The notes below the pieces were generated by a model that was not told the origin of the DNA, searched no databases, and saw only the letters and a program-made list of their open reading frames with translations. Made by a program: the position numbers and the translations under genes. A stretch of 57,816 nt of DNA, counting the filler, from Circinaria calcarea (taxonomy: Eukaryota): assembly GCA_051942165.1 (NCBI GenBank). It is 8 parts of 8 records of this genome, joined end to end, with 100 filler letters (N's around TTAATTAATTAA, not from the genome) between each part and the next. Parts side by side here need not be neighbours in the genome. Positions count along the whole stretch, not along the records: positions 21,744 to 28,886 come from JAVECS010001399.1; positions 28,987 to 36,123 come from JAVECS010001400.1; positions 36,224 to 43,358 come from JAVECS010001401.1; 5 more parts are not named here. One strand, written 5' to 3'. Of this stretch, positions 26,063 to 36,846 are shown piece by piece. Numbering within the stretch: position 1 is the first letter of the stretch; each line of letters begins with the position of its first letter.

Positions 26063-28301
26063 ATGTTGACCGCTTTACGGAGCGGGAGGACATCTCTCGG
26101 TCGATCCTTGTTTGCACTTGCAGCACCTTCTTCTTCCAAGTGTGCGGTGTCGTCTTGGATAATATGTCGGGAGCGACAGCCTGTGCAGCCGAAGCTCATA
26201 GCCAGAACTCTACATTCCTCTCCATTATGGAGGAGATCCGCTACAGCGGCAGCTGAGGTCGAGGCAGACGAGAACCTTATCGAAGGCCAAATTGATGAAG
26301 GAATCGGCTCCCAAAGACCTCTCTCAGACTCTGAGATTAACGCATCTCTCAAACGTGGCCCGGTCACCAGGTTCCGGGAATTGGCCGAGAGGGGCATGGT
26401 ATCCCCGACAGTCGTCAAAACCCTGACGGAAGATATGCGCCTAGAAACCATGACACAAGTCCAGAGCCTTACGATTAATGAGACGTTAAAAGGCATCGAT
26501 GTGTATGCAATGGTACTCCCGCTCCAAACCTCTCTCAGGCACTGATATGACTTGTAGACTAGCCCAAGCTCGTACCGGAACGGGAAAGACTCTCGCATTC
26601 CTCATCCCAGTCTTACAAAACATCATCAGTTATGACCCGAGTCTTGAAGCCCGTGGAAAGTACGGACGAAACCGATCCTCCCCTACCGATATCCGAGCAA
26701 TCATAATATCGCCCACCCGGGAACTGGCAGAGCAAATCGCAGTGGAGGCACGAAAGGTGGTCAAAAATACTGGAGTCATCGTACAGACTGCCGTGGGTGG
26801 ATCTGCGAAAGCGTATGGTCTTCGGAAGATCAGGACCGAAGGCTGCCATATCTTGATCGGTACCCCTGGCCGCCTCAACGACATCCTCTCGGATCCTTAC
26901 AGTGAGGTGCGAGCACCAAATCTGAGTGCCTTTGTTCTAGATGAAGCAGACCGGTTGCTCGATCAGGGATTCGCGCCCGACATTGAGGCCATTCAGAATC
27001 TTTTGCCAAACCGACAGGAAGTTGACAGGCAAACCCTTTTGTTCTCTGCTACTGTACCCCAAGGGGTGATGCAAATTGTCAAGCGAACCATGAAGCCGCA
27101 TTTTGAGTTTGTACGGACGGTACAAGAAGGAGAGCAGCAGACTCACGAAAGAGTGCCACAGAAGGTGGTTGAAGTACGAGGGTTTGAAAACGTGATGCCG
27201 GCCCTTTTGGAGCTATGCCAACGTGAACTCGCACGCAAAGACGCGGAGCCGTTCAAAGCTATTGTGTATTTCAATGCTACAGCCGAAGTTACTCTTGCAG
27301 CATCTACGTTTGAAAACCTGGCCAATCCCGGTACGCGTCGGTTCGAGCAACACCCACTTTATCCTGCTCAAATCATCGAGATGCATGCCCGACTGTCACA
27401 GGACCAGCGAACCAGAGCCGCAGATACCTTTCGACGTGCCAAAACCGGTATCATGTTCTCATCCGACGTAACTGCTCGCGGTATGGATTTCCCCAATGTG
27501 ACGCATGTCATTCAAGTGGGCGTTCCTGGAGATAGAGATACGTACATTCATCGTATCGGACGAACTGCTCGGGGGGATAAGAAAGGAGAAGGCTGGCTTT
27601 TGATTACAGAAATGGAAACTCGTGAAGTCAAGAGCAGACTTTACAAGCTTCCTCTCCAACCCGATCAATCGCTGGAAACCGCCAAAGTCGATATGACCCA
27701 AGATGCCCAATTACCCGAGTACGTCGCGAGAACGTTAACGCAGGTTGTCAACGCAACGAAGATGGTGAAAATATCAGTGAAATCTGCAGCGTATCTAGCA
27801 GCATTTGGAATCTACCAATGGATTCCAAAGAAGCAGCAACTCGTGGATTCGATGAACAATCGCGCCAAGTTTGGCTGGAGCATGGAGCGACCACCTGCCA
27901 TACCGTCGGGACTAGCACAGAAACTTGGTCTTAGCCGTTTAACAGGCATCAACACTGGACCGATGGAATATGAGGTAGAAAGCGCCATTTCTCCTGGACG
28001 TCAGTTTGGCCCCTCTGGTTTCAACCGTGATCGAGATGGTTCTTCTTCGGGTGGGTTCTCCAGAGGTGGTCGTCCCTCTGGCGGCTTTTCAAGAGACAGT
28101 GGTCGCTCAAGGGGAGGGTTTGGCGGTGGTACGCGTGATGGAGGTGAGGGGCGGTCCTCTTACGGTGGAGGGCGATCCTCTTACGGTGAGGGGCGGTCTT
28201 CCTACAGTGGAGGGCGACCTTCTTACGGTGAGGGCCGATCATCATCTAATGGTAATCGCGATAGGAGTTCTCTATCACGTTTCTTTGACCGGGACCAGTG
28301 A
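26063..28301 (+). CDS. MSS116: Mitochondrial DEAD-box RNA helicase, Mss116/CYT-19 family
   Basis: Mitochondrial presequence MLTALRSGRTSLGRSL, Q motif MTQVQ, ARTGTGKT, PTRELA, TPGRL, DEAD, SAT, ARGMDFP, HRIGRTAR and a basic G/R-rich tail. One intron near 26502-26558. Confidence 0.88.
28143..28247 (+). repeat. Five in-frame 21-bp tandem repeats encoding (G/S)(E/G)GR(S/P)SY in the helicase tail
   Basis: ggtgaggggcggtcctcttac / ggtggagggcgatcctcttac / ggtgaggggcggtcttcctac / agtggagggcgaccttcttac / ggtgagggccgatcatcatct. Confidence 0.9.
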
Positions 28302-28886
28302 TCATTCGGTGGACGGGATAGCAGAGAGGCAGGTCGAGGTGCACGCGGCGAAGATGGCCGGCGCGAGTCGACGATATATCTGATCGGTTTACCTCTGCAA
28401 TGGCTCGTCGCTTTACTCTACTTTCTCCGTCCTCTTAATTTACCAATGTATATTATCCTCTGATTTCCCCTCCATCTCCTCCCTCGGGCGGCGACACTCC
28501 TCTTTGTCATGCCTGGGCAGCTGTATCCCTATAGGATATCGAGGAGCGTTTGTAGTTGCGAGGAGCGGAAAGCGTGTTGTCGAAATTGTGGGGGGGGGGA
28601 GAATTGCATATAGACGGTGCTTAAAGATCAGGAGGTTCCCTAGAAAGTCTCAGGATTGCTTTTTATTTTAAAAACAATAGTAATACACCCACATTCTACT
28701 CTCGTCTGTCTACTCTCATCCAAACCCCTAAACAAAAAGAGGTTCCTTAGAATTCCCGTAGATGGTAGTTTTTTTTTGGGGGGGGGGGGGCTTTTCTCCC
28801 GCAAGTCGGAGACATCCCTCATTCCGTAAAGAACATGCCTCTCCCCTCTTGTAAGATTATAAGCTACCCCCCCCCCCCCCCCCCCC

Positions 28887-28986
28887 NNNNNNNNNNNNNN
28901 NNNNNNNNNNNNNNNNNNNNNNNNNNNNNNTTAATTAATTAANNNNNNNNNNNNNNNNNNNNNNNNNNNNNNNNNNNNNNNNNNNN
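28887..28986. other. Artificial contig spacer
   Basis: N44-TTAATTAATTAA-N44. Confidence 0.99.
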
Positions 28987-28987
28987 G

Positions 28988-29143
28988 GTCGTTGCGAAGC
29001 GTGGCAAGGACGCCGTGTATGTGCAAGATGGCAGCAAGCTGAAAGAAGAACTTCGAGAGCTATTTCTCAAGATGACATGGCTAGAGATCAAGGAGAGCGG
29101 ACTCTGGGAACCAAACGAGCAGGATCCATGCAGGCATCTTTAG
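28988..29143 (+). CDS. Probable 3' end of an unidentified gene cut by the contig start
   Basis: Open frame from the contig edge: VVAKRGKDAVYVQDGSKLKEELRELFLKMTWLEIKESGLWEPNEQDPCRHL*. Protein-like composition only; no family recognised. Confidence 0.4.
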   Translation, partial: VVAKRGKDAVYVQDGSKLKEELRELFLKMTWLEIKESGLWEPNEQDPCRHL

Positions 29144-30178
29144 CATGTATGCCCCCTACTTGAACATTCAAGTTGCGAGCTGTTGTCGATGCGTGGCCAC
29201 GGTAGTGATTGTTAGATTGTGGCAGAGGAAGACTACGGGCTCGTTGTTCTCACTCTTCCTGGCCTTTGCTTATGATGTGTCTTGCCCAACCGATTAGTCC
29301 AGAAAGCATTGGGATTATCACACCGTGAAAGTTCAACAGCTTGACTATTTTAGATCAAAGCAAATTTGTTGCTCACTTAAAATTTCACGCAGTAGATTAT
29401 CATGCATGAAGGCAAGTACAAGTAAACCGCCTCTGTTGCAGTATGGTACTCCTTCTACACTAAGCCAAACCTCTTCCCTTTCACACAAACCACTCTTTCC
29501 ACAAGAAGGATAGCGGGTAGGAAATGGCCGACCATGGTTTTTACGTGGAAACGGACTCGCATTGATCTGCGGTTGAAAAGGGCTTTGGAAGGCGCTGGGC
29601 CTGCCATGATCGTAGGGAAATTTATAGAGGCTTGTTGCGAGATGGCTGCTTACGCCTCAAGCACGTAAAAGCGAACTGGATTTGGATCATGTACGGTACA
29701 CATACGTGAATACAATAGATTGTAAACATAAACCGTGCCTATCAAGGGACTTTCTTCATTGGCATATTTGTTTCCTTTCGACCATAACCTAATAATCACG
29801 ACGTAGATGGCTTATTAGACGCTAGAGAGCAGAATACAGTAAAGGAAAAGCTTCCCATAGTGCAGCCAGTGCAGCCCTTGTATACAGTTTTATAACGCTA
29901 TCAGCCATTTCCAGGCCCCTGTTTAAACCACCGGAGCCTTGATGCTCAATGACGGAGACTATTTACCCTAGGTTAGCAAGCCTGGAGCTACACTGCCAAT
30001 GTGCACCATCAGTGCAATGTAGAGGGTAATATTGCCATGCCAATGCAGTCCGGAGCATCCCGCTGCGATACGGCACCGCCTGCACTATCAGAGGTCGTGG
30101 CAGTATTGCCAAGGTATCCGATATTTCTGATATTGCCTTTTACTCCAAGAGCTCGGGAGGAGCCGTTGACCTTTGTGG

Positions 30179-32064
30179 TCACAGTGTTGCTCTCTTCTTC
30201 GACGAAGACACCAAGCAGCCGATATTATCTGAAGCCAGTATGAAGCTCTCATGTGCATCTTTAAAGTCTCCATCAGATTCATCATAGTCGTCTCTTTGGT
30301 CTGTGTTATGCATCTCCGTCTCCAAGGTGTGATATTTTAGGAAACCAGCTTCCATATGGCTTTCCATATTTTTTCCCGACGGACTCTCTTTTATTACCTC
30401 CAGCAAGTCTTCGAAGGCCTGTATTAGTTTTTCGGTCACATCTGATCGCTCACGTAGCCGAGTGGCGGCGTCGTGAAGCATATAGTCTTTATCAAATTTC
30501 GGCCTGAGATGACTCGCTGAACTTAGAATCGACATGGTTTCCATATCCGCATACTGAGCAACGAGCTCAAGAAGATGGGGTCCCCTAAGACGCGGGCACT
30601 CGCTGTATTCATACCACCGGTCAAGAAGCAGCTGGATTACCACATAATTGTTATAAACAACTGCTGTAGTTAATGGAGTCCGTCCATCCTTTGAGGTGAC
30701 GTTAATATTAGCACCGTATTCCAATAACAGCATGGCGTGACCAGCGCTATTACTCCGCGCAACGTGGAGAAGTGGTAAGAGAATAACCTCGGGTACTGCT
30801 TACACCTCTCGGAGACGCTGAGCCATGCCTGAAAAGACCTTTCAGACCTTCAATATTTCCCTCCAACGCAAAAATGACACATCGCGCAGAATCCGGAACG
30901 CGTCCAAGTGTACTCAACTGCATAGAGGGCCCAACATGAGGCTCGTATGCTAGCTGAAGTCGGATGATCTGAGACCAGCAGAAGCCAAGTGGAAACCAGT
31001 ACTCCACACTCATCTGAGGATTCTGGCCTTTGTCGCATGTGTCGGTATCACACCGAGGGCTGAGCAGTGGCAGGCCGGCATACCCAACGAAAAGTTGTGC
31101 TAGTACGTGGTCCACAAGCCCTGGCGTTACGGATTTCTGTTGCGAATGACAAGCGCAAGAATATCCAAGCCGACAGACAGTGCTGGCGTAGCGAGTTAGC
31201 CGGACACCCACTCCTACGGAACGTGCTCGGTTCCTTGCACCGCTGCTCTGGTTGGTTGGCCGAGAAGGTCGTCTGCGATATGGAAGAGGAACTTCGCTGT
31301 GTAAGGGGCCAATCTGTGCTAATTGGCTGCTTGAATCTGAGCTGACTGCGCATGGAGCATTTGCTCAACGCGGCTAATACGCTGGTCAACCTGATTATAG
31401 CTTTCCTCCAGGGAATCTGTCAGCATCTGTTGCTACCGGGTGAGACCATTAAGTAACTTGTTTCGAAGACCGGACTGGGTCTGCATAGATTGAGCAATGA
31501 TGGTTGATAAAGTCTCAAGCTCCAATCGGACACGTATCATATCTCGCTTAGTATTCAGTTCAGTTTGACGATTCTGGCTTAACAAGTGGCGTGACTCGCT
31601 GGTTGGTTCAAAGTTGCTAGACTTGGACTGGCTGGACAGACTTACGAATTAGACGCTCCAAGCATAATATTAAGGCTACTTTTAACTGTCTTGATGTCTT
31701 CTTGCAATGCGTTCAGTCTTGGCTGTTCCTTCCGCCATGCACTTGCTCGAGTGATGACTTTCTTGCGGGTGCACGTGGTAGCTAGGCGCTCAACAGTCTC
31801 TTTGAGTTCGTTCAATTTGGTTGATGCTTGCTTCAAAAGCCGTGGTATCGTCGTCTGATCCTTTTGTGGCAGGCAAGATCGCTCGTGGATGACAGCAGCA
31901 ACTTGGTAGAGCACCACCTCGATGTCGGCGACCTCGTTATTCAAAGCATGCAATCTCCCAGGCAATTCCACACATAGTGCTCACAGCTCCGCGAAAGCCG
32001 AGCCGACTTGGGCAGCAACGGTGGCGACGGCTATAATACCGGCGGAGATTGAGAGCGGATCCAT
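30179..32064 (-). pseudogene. Disrupted fungal HeLo/STAND-N-terminal-like plus ankyrin-repeat protein
   Basis: MDPLSISAGIIAVATVAAQVGSAFAEL*ALC with in-frame TGA at 31981-31983. Conserved middle block CSCACH...LFVGYAGLP...EYWFPLGF...IFALEGNIEGLKGLF. Frame break at about 30780 joins RGYSL directly to a late ankyrin repeat (LLHVARSN...LLLEYGANIN...GRTPLTTAV). Confidence 0.75.
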
Positions 32065-32391
32065 GTCTTACTGGTACTCGGTAAGGAGAATGTCTAGATG
32101 GGAAGTTATGTTAAACATGTTCTCGCAGTTATGAAGCTGTCTATTTAAGAATGCTACCGTAGGCTAGTTCTGCACCTTTGCGGTCGTACATCACAGGCCC
32201 AAAAATTGGCTGGTTTTCTGACACAGTTGTGCCTACCGCACAAATTAATCTTATCGGCAGGTTTCTTTTTAGCCAGCCTTATTGCTTCTGGCGTTAATAA
32301 ACACATATCGTCTGCGTTTTCAAGGTAGGGGCCTCCACGTTAAGGCTAGATGGAAAGACGGGAATCAACGGCAGTAATTTGAAGTAGTAGC

Positions 32392-33874
32392 CTACGCCCA
32401 GCTCTCCCTCCTCTTAGCCCTTTCACAAAGCTCCTTGAGCATATATCCTGCCCGTTCAAAATCCGTTAACTCAAGATAGATTTGCCCGCTCAGCCTGGCC
32501 CAAATGGCTCCGGCATGTACCTTCGTAGGAACCATAGTATCGAAGTCATCAACAGTCCATTGTGTTATCCATTTGGCCAGCTTGGGGGCTTCATCTATAC
32601 TGATATACTCCTCGTGGTCTATGTGCATATTCGCCATACTCTGCCGAACGATTATTTTGGCATCCTGAACCTTAGGAAAGTTGGGAAGAACGAGTGTTAA
32701 AGGTAGTCGCACATTCGCGAAGCAACAGTTTTGGAGTGTCTGGGTGCGGTTACTCATTACCTCTGTGCCCAGGATCTGAGCGATCAGGCTGACCCCAGCT
32801 TGCGCAATATACTGACAGTACTTTCTGATGCTTTCTTCACCACCGCATATGCTGTCGCGGAACTGTAATGCTTCTGGAACACAAACATATGGGGTAGTAT
32901 CGACTGTGGCGACTTTGTTGAACAACTCAACGAATGGGTTGCTACCTACAGTGTGCAGCTGACCTGGTGCCTTCGCCATCGGATCCGAACGGGACCGGAA
33001 TCCCCAAGAAGTAGGCAATGAGGTGCGGATCAAGTGATGGTTGCGAGCTGGGACGTGGAAGACGGCGCAGCCGCGAGGCACGTAGAGCCATCTGCTAATG
33101 TTAGTAGCTCTACTATTTCTGAAGGTGTACCCAGTGTTTTCAAACCCATGTATCATGCCACTCGATGACTTACTTGTAGCAATTACTTGTGAAAAAGTCT
33201 GGTGAGATTCTGCCCAGCTTCGTCAACTCGATATGGCCAATACCATGCGCGCCATCAATTAGACTCAGAATGCCCAAGTCCTTGCAAGCCTGAACCAGGG
33301 CCTCCCACGGCATTCTCACTCCAGGAAAAGTAAGTACAGTATCGAACAGGGCAATCTTGACCTTCCTTCCATCTTGACTGGTCTTTCCAACCAAATCGCG
33401 AAACTTCTCAACTATCTCTTGATCCTCCAGTGGATATTCTAGCAAGACGCAAGCGCTCTCCGCTGGTGTAGTCTCGCACACGTAGTCAACGGATTTTTCG
33501 CAGGCACCATAAATAGTGCTGAAATATAATATCACATCCCCCTTTTCGTAGACCAGGTTCCTCAGCACTGTGTTGACACCGGTAGTAGCGTTAGGTACAA
33601 AGACTACTTCATCCATAGGAACACCAAGAAGTGGAGCGACAGCTGCACGGGAACTATTTAGCAACTCCGGCATCTTGTACCGGAGGTAGGGATCAGGCCG
33701 AGATTCAGTCAAATCTTGTATCTTGCGCTGGTAATCCCGTACAGAGGTTGGAAAGGTTCCAAACGAGCCATGGTTTAGATTTGTATAGGCTTTCTCAAAG
33801 TTGAAGTATTTCTCCCGCATTGCATGTCCAAAGGGGATAATAGGCTCGAGCACGTCGTCGCCCTGGGAATCCAT
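32392..33874 (-). CDS. Class V PLP-dependent enzyme, Egt2 (hercynylcysteine sulfoxide lyase)/LolT-like
   Basis: FGHAMREKYF...NLNHGSFGTFP, FVPNATTGVNTVLRN, LIDGAHGIG, PDFFTSNCYK/WLYVPRGCA (PLP lysine spans intron 33092-33173) and WARLSGQIYLELTDFE. Confidence 0.85.
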
Positions 33875-34409
33875 GTCAAGACGCAAAGATTCAACGTTTC
33901 TTCAAGACTTGGTCTTGTTAGGAAACCGCCTTAGATTCGCTGTGGCAAGAAGCACTGACAGCGAACAAACTGGCGGCCGGCCGCCGGACGCAAAGATGCC
34001 GATATGGTATCCGATGGAAGTCCCCTTGCTGCCCACCTGGTACAGCTGCCCCTTTGTTCAGCGCGAAGATAGCCGTGCTCGGTCATGCCACAGCACCTTG
34101 TCTCCTATACTCCATAATCCATCGAGAAGTTGGTGCCTGACAGAGTGGGCGCTACGACTCCAAGAACCCCCACGCAAGCGGTCCCGACATTCTTAGTTCT
34201 ATCGCACATTTATATACGCAACAGTAGAGTTGCTGTGATGTATGGTGAGCGTTGCAGGTAAATGTTTGGTTACTGTCGGCTCTAATTTAGGTTGGAACCT
34301 CCGGAGAGGGGGGTATTCGCGGTCCAAGAAGTAAATTCTACCAACACTGTTGCCTTTCGCAATTAATCCTTACCTGCTAGAGCCTCTCAGATTCAGGATG
34401 GAAATATTA

Positions 34410-35056
34410 GGGCCTGTTCGGCGACCCCCGATTATTGGAATCGATTTCCAAAATCGATTTTGGACCCTGAAAATCGCCAGGAGAGTGTTCGGTGACAGCG
34501 ATTTTTGCGATTTTGAAAATCGATTTCAATAATCGATTTTGCAAACACATACAAATTTAGTGCCTTGGCATAAGTAGGTCGGGACCTACTTCTAGCGATT
34601 ATTGCTAGCGATTCTGCGTAAAATACGCAATTAAATACACAACCAAATGGATGATATAGATGAATTCTATGCAGAATAAGGCCTTCCAGTAAGGTTTATT
34701 CCATGACCAGAGTCCAATTGAGCTTATCCACGGAAGGGTTCTTAGGGGAGGAAGGCCTAGAATACACACCGGGGGTGGAAGGGGTCATAGGGGTGGAAGC
34801 CATAATAATTAAGCCGGGTTATGTATAGCTTCAAGACGTGAGCGATAGAAATTTTATGTATTTTGTTATAGATTCAGGATTTTCCCAATGTAAATTGGTA
34901 AATTTACTAGTGATTAGCCTATTATTTAACCCTTGCAAGCGGGGAATCGCAGCTTCCATAATCGCTCCAGAATCGTGCAACCGAACACCTTTTCAAAATC
35001 GGCGAAAATCGATTTCGGAAATCGATTGCAATAATCGGGGGTCGCCGAACAGGCCC
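34410..35056. mobile_element. Non-autonomous PIF/Harbinger element (Tourist-like MITE), 647 bp
   Basis: TIR GGGCCTGTTCGGCGACCCCCGATTATTG is perfect over 28 bp and 50/52 over 52 bp. TTA direct repeat on both flanks (34407-34409, 35057-35059). AT-rich interior with repeated AATCGATTT and no transposase ORF. Confidence 0.92.
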
Positions 35057-35085
35057 TTAACCCTGCAGTTTTCTCTCGGTTGATA

Positions 35086-36123
35086 ATGAATGCAAAATTA
35101 ATACTGTTCACTGGGGCACCAAATACTTGCTCATTACGATGGGACGAGGACGAGCTTTCCATTTCCCTGTTACCGTGCTTCTCATCTCCATGTATTCTCC
35201 CTAGCGAAACTGTGCAACCGAGCAATCAAGCGCCGCTCTGGCGGTCAATCCCCCTCGAAAGACAGCATTTACCAACGGGACTGACCCCAAATGTCCGGCA
35301 GCTGGAATTGGTCAATGAACCGACTACCAATAGCTTTGATGACGAAGAGACTTCCTTTTTGGATACCAAGGATCCCTTCGGCGTCTTCACTGGCCCACAA
35401 GTCAACAATGAAGATCTACCCCCTTCTTCCGAAGGAGCAGAAAAGCTCCTTACCCAATTCTACGAGCACTCCTTCGCTGTCCATGAAGGACTTCCAAGCT
35501 CCCAAATCATCGACAACGATTATTCATATGATACGACTTCCTTGACCGTATCATCAGACTACTCCTCATCCTATGATCTGGGCTCAACAGCATCCCCTAC
35601 AAACACGACACCCAAGCCTACGATACCGTCCTCCGCTCATCTCAGTGATCTGGAAGACATCCCCAATGCCGCCTATGTCCGCTCAATCGAGCCCCAAACC
35701 ATGAGTGTGAACCTAATAGTTGGCATCATCTCCATGCATCCGCCGCGAATTATCAAGGCCCGCAAAGACGGCCGCACCTTGGAAGTCATTGAGTTGACAG
35801 TCGGTGACGAAACCAGGGCAGGTTTCGGCATTAACGTCTGGCTTTCATCCTCGAAATTCCAGTCAGAATGCCTACCAACTGCCATATCTGATCTCCGGCC
35901 GCAGGATATCGTCCTAGTCAGGAACGTAGGCCTCAGCGAGTTCCGCGGTAGCGTCTATGGGCAAAGTTTGAGGAAGGACAGGACGAAGCTGCATCTGCTG
36001 TACCGCAATACGATAGATAGAAACGATCGCAAGGGGGCCTATAGTAGCAAGGAGCTGGATAGTGCCGATGTGACCCAGCCGCAGATTACTAAGATAAAAA
36101 CGGTGAAGGATTGGGTGATGAGG
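35086..36123 (+). CDS. OB-fold nucleic-acid-binding protein (cut off by contig end)
   Basis: Long ORF with an acidic/Ser-rich linker, then VNLIVGII...IELTVGDETRAGFGINVW...LRPQDIVLVRNVGLSEFRG, an OB-fold beta-strand pattern. Confidence 0.7.
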
Positions 36124-36223
36124 NNNNNNNNNNNNNNNNNNNNNNNNNNNNNNNNNNNNNNNNNNNNTTAATTAATTAANNNNNNNNNNNNNNNNNNNNN
36201 NNNNNNNNNNNNNNNNNNNNNNN
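36124..36223. other. Artificial contig spacer
   Basis: N44-TTAATTAATTAA-N44. Confidence 0.99.
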
Positions 36224-36655
36224 AGCTCACTCGCCGTGAGGCTGATTCTGCCAATCGGTTATCACCGCCTCCATTGTGCGCTATATGGATTTCTGGATAA
36301 CCTTCGACGGTTGGTCCTACTGGGTGTATGCTGAATCTGCCAAAGTAGCTGCAGTACTCGAGGACTTGTGGGACTGGGAGGTCCACAAAGTCTTGGTTCC
36401 GGAAGACGACCACCTTGCGTTGGGCAACGAGCAGAGCGAGCTCATTCTTTCCCCTGTCTGATAGGGAGTCGATTTGTACACCAAGAACCTCTAAGCCCAT
36501 TGCAGGCGTAATGTGGCTTATTTTCGTCTCCTAACTTAAAAAATGAGGGAAGGTTGGACCGGCATCCTTGCCGTGCTCGTAATACTCGAAAGGTTTAGGA
36601 GTGGCAATTTTCTGGTTAGGAGTCCACGTTGGTAGGTAGTTCGTTGTCTCAGAAG
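36224..36655 (-). pseudogene. TauD/TfdA-family 2-oxoglutarate dioxygenase (Jlp1-like), interrupted by the transposon and carrying an internal stop
   Basis: NYLPTWTPNQK...FEYYEHGKDA...FLS*ETKISHITPAMGLEVLGVQI...KNELALLVAQRKVVVFRNQDF...IHP...YPEIH. In-frame TAG at 36531-36533; the frame runs into the element terminus at 36656. Confidence 0.8.
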
Positions 36656-36764
36656 CTCAGACTGCTTTTGCTTCGCTGCCGCGTATTTTTCGGAATGGCT
36701 GTATATAGTTAGTAGATGCTAAAAATAGCGTGCGCGCGAAGCGCAGTCTGAGGTATTTGTCCAC
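36656..36764. repeat. Left terminal inverted repeat / fold-back hairpin
   Basis: CTCAGACTGC (36656-36665) pairs with GCAGTCTGAG (36743-36752). Inner GCTTCGC/GCGAAGC and TATTTTT/AAAAATA also pair. Followed by TTTGTCCAC at 36756-36764. Confidence 0.85.
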
Positions 36765-36846
36765 CTTTTTTGGTGGGGGTTACAACATTGTTATATGAGA
36801 AATCGTTTTTTGAAAATTAATCAACAACCAATTAATAGAATTAAAC

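Noticed and set aside
31981..36533. RIP as the cause of the two nonsense codons (31981, 36531)
   Set aside because: Only two isolated changes on different contigs. The surrounding DNA is not visibly CpA-depleted, and the transposon ORFs and MITE TIRs are intact.
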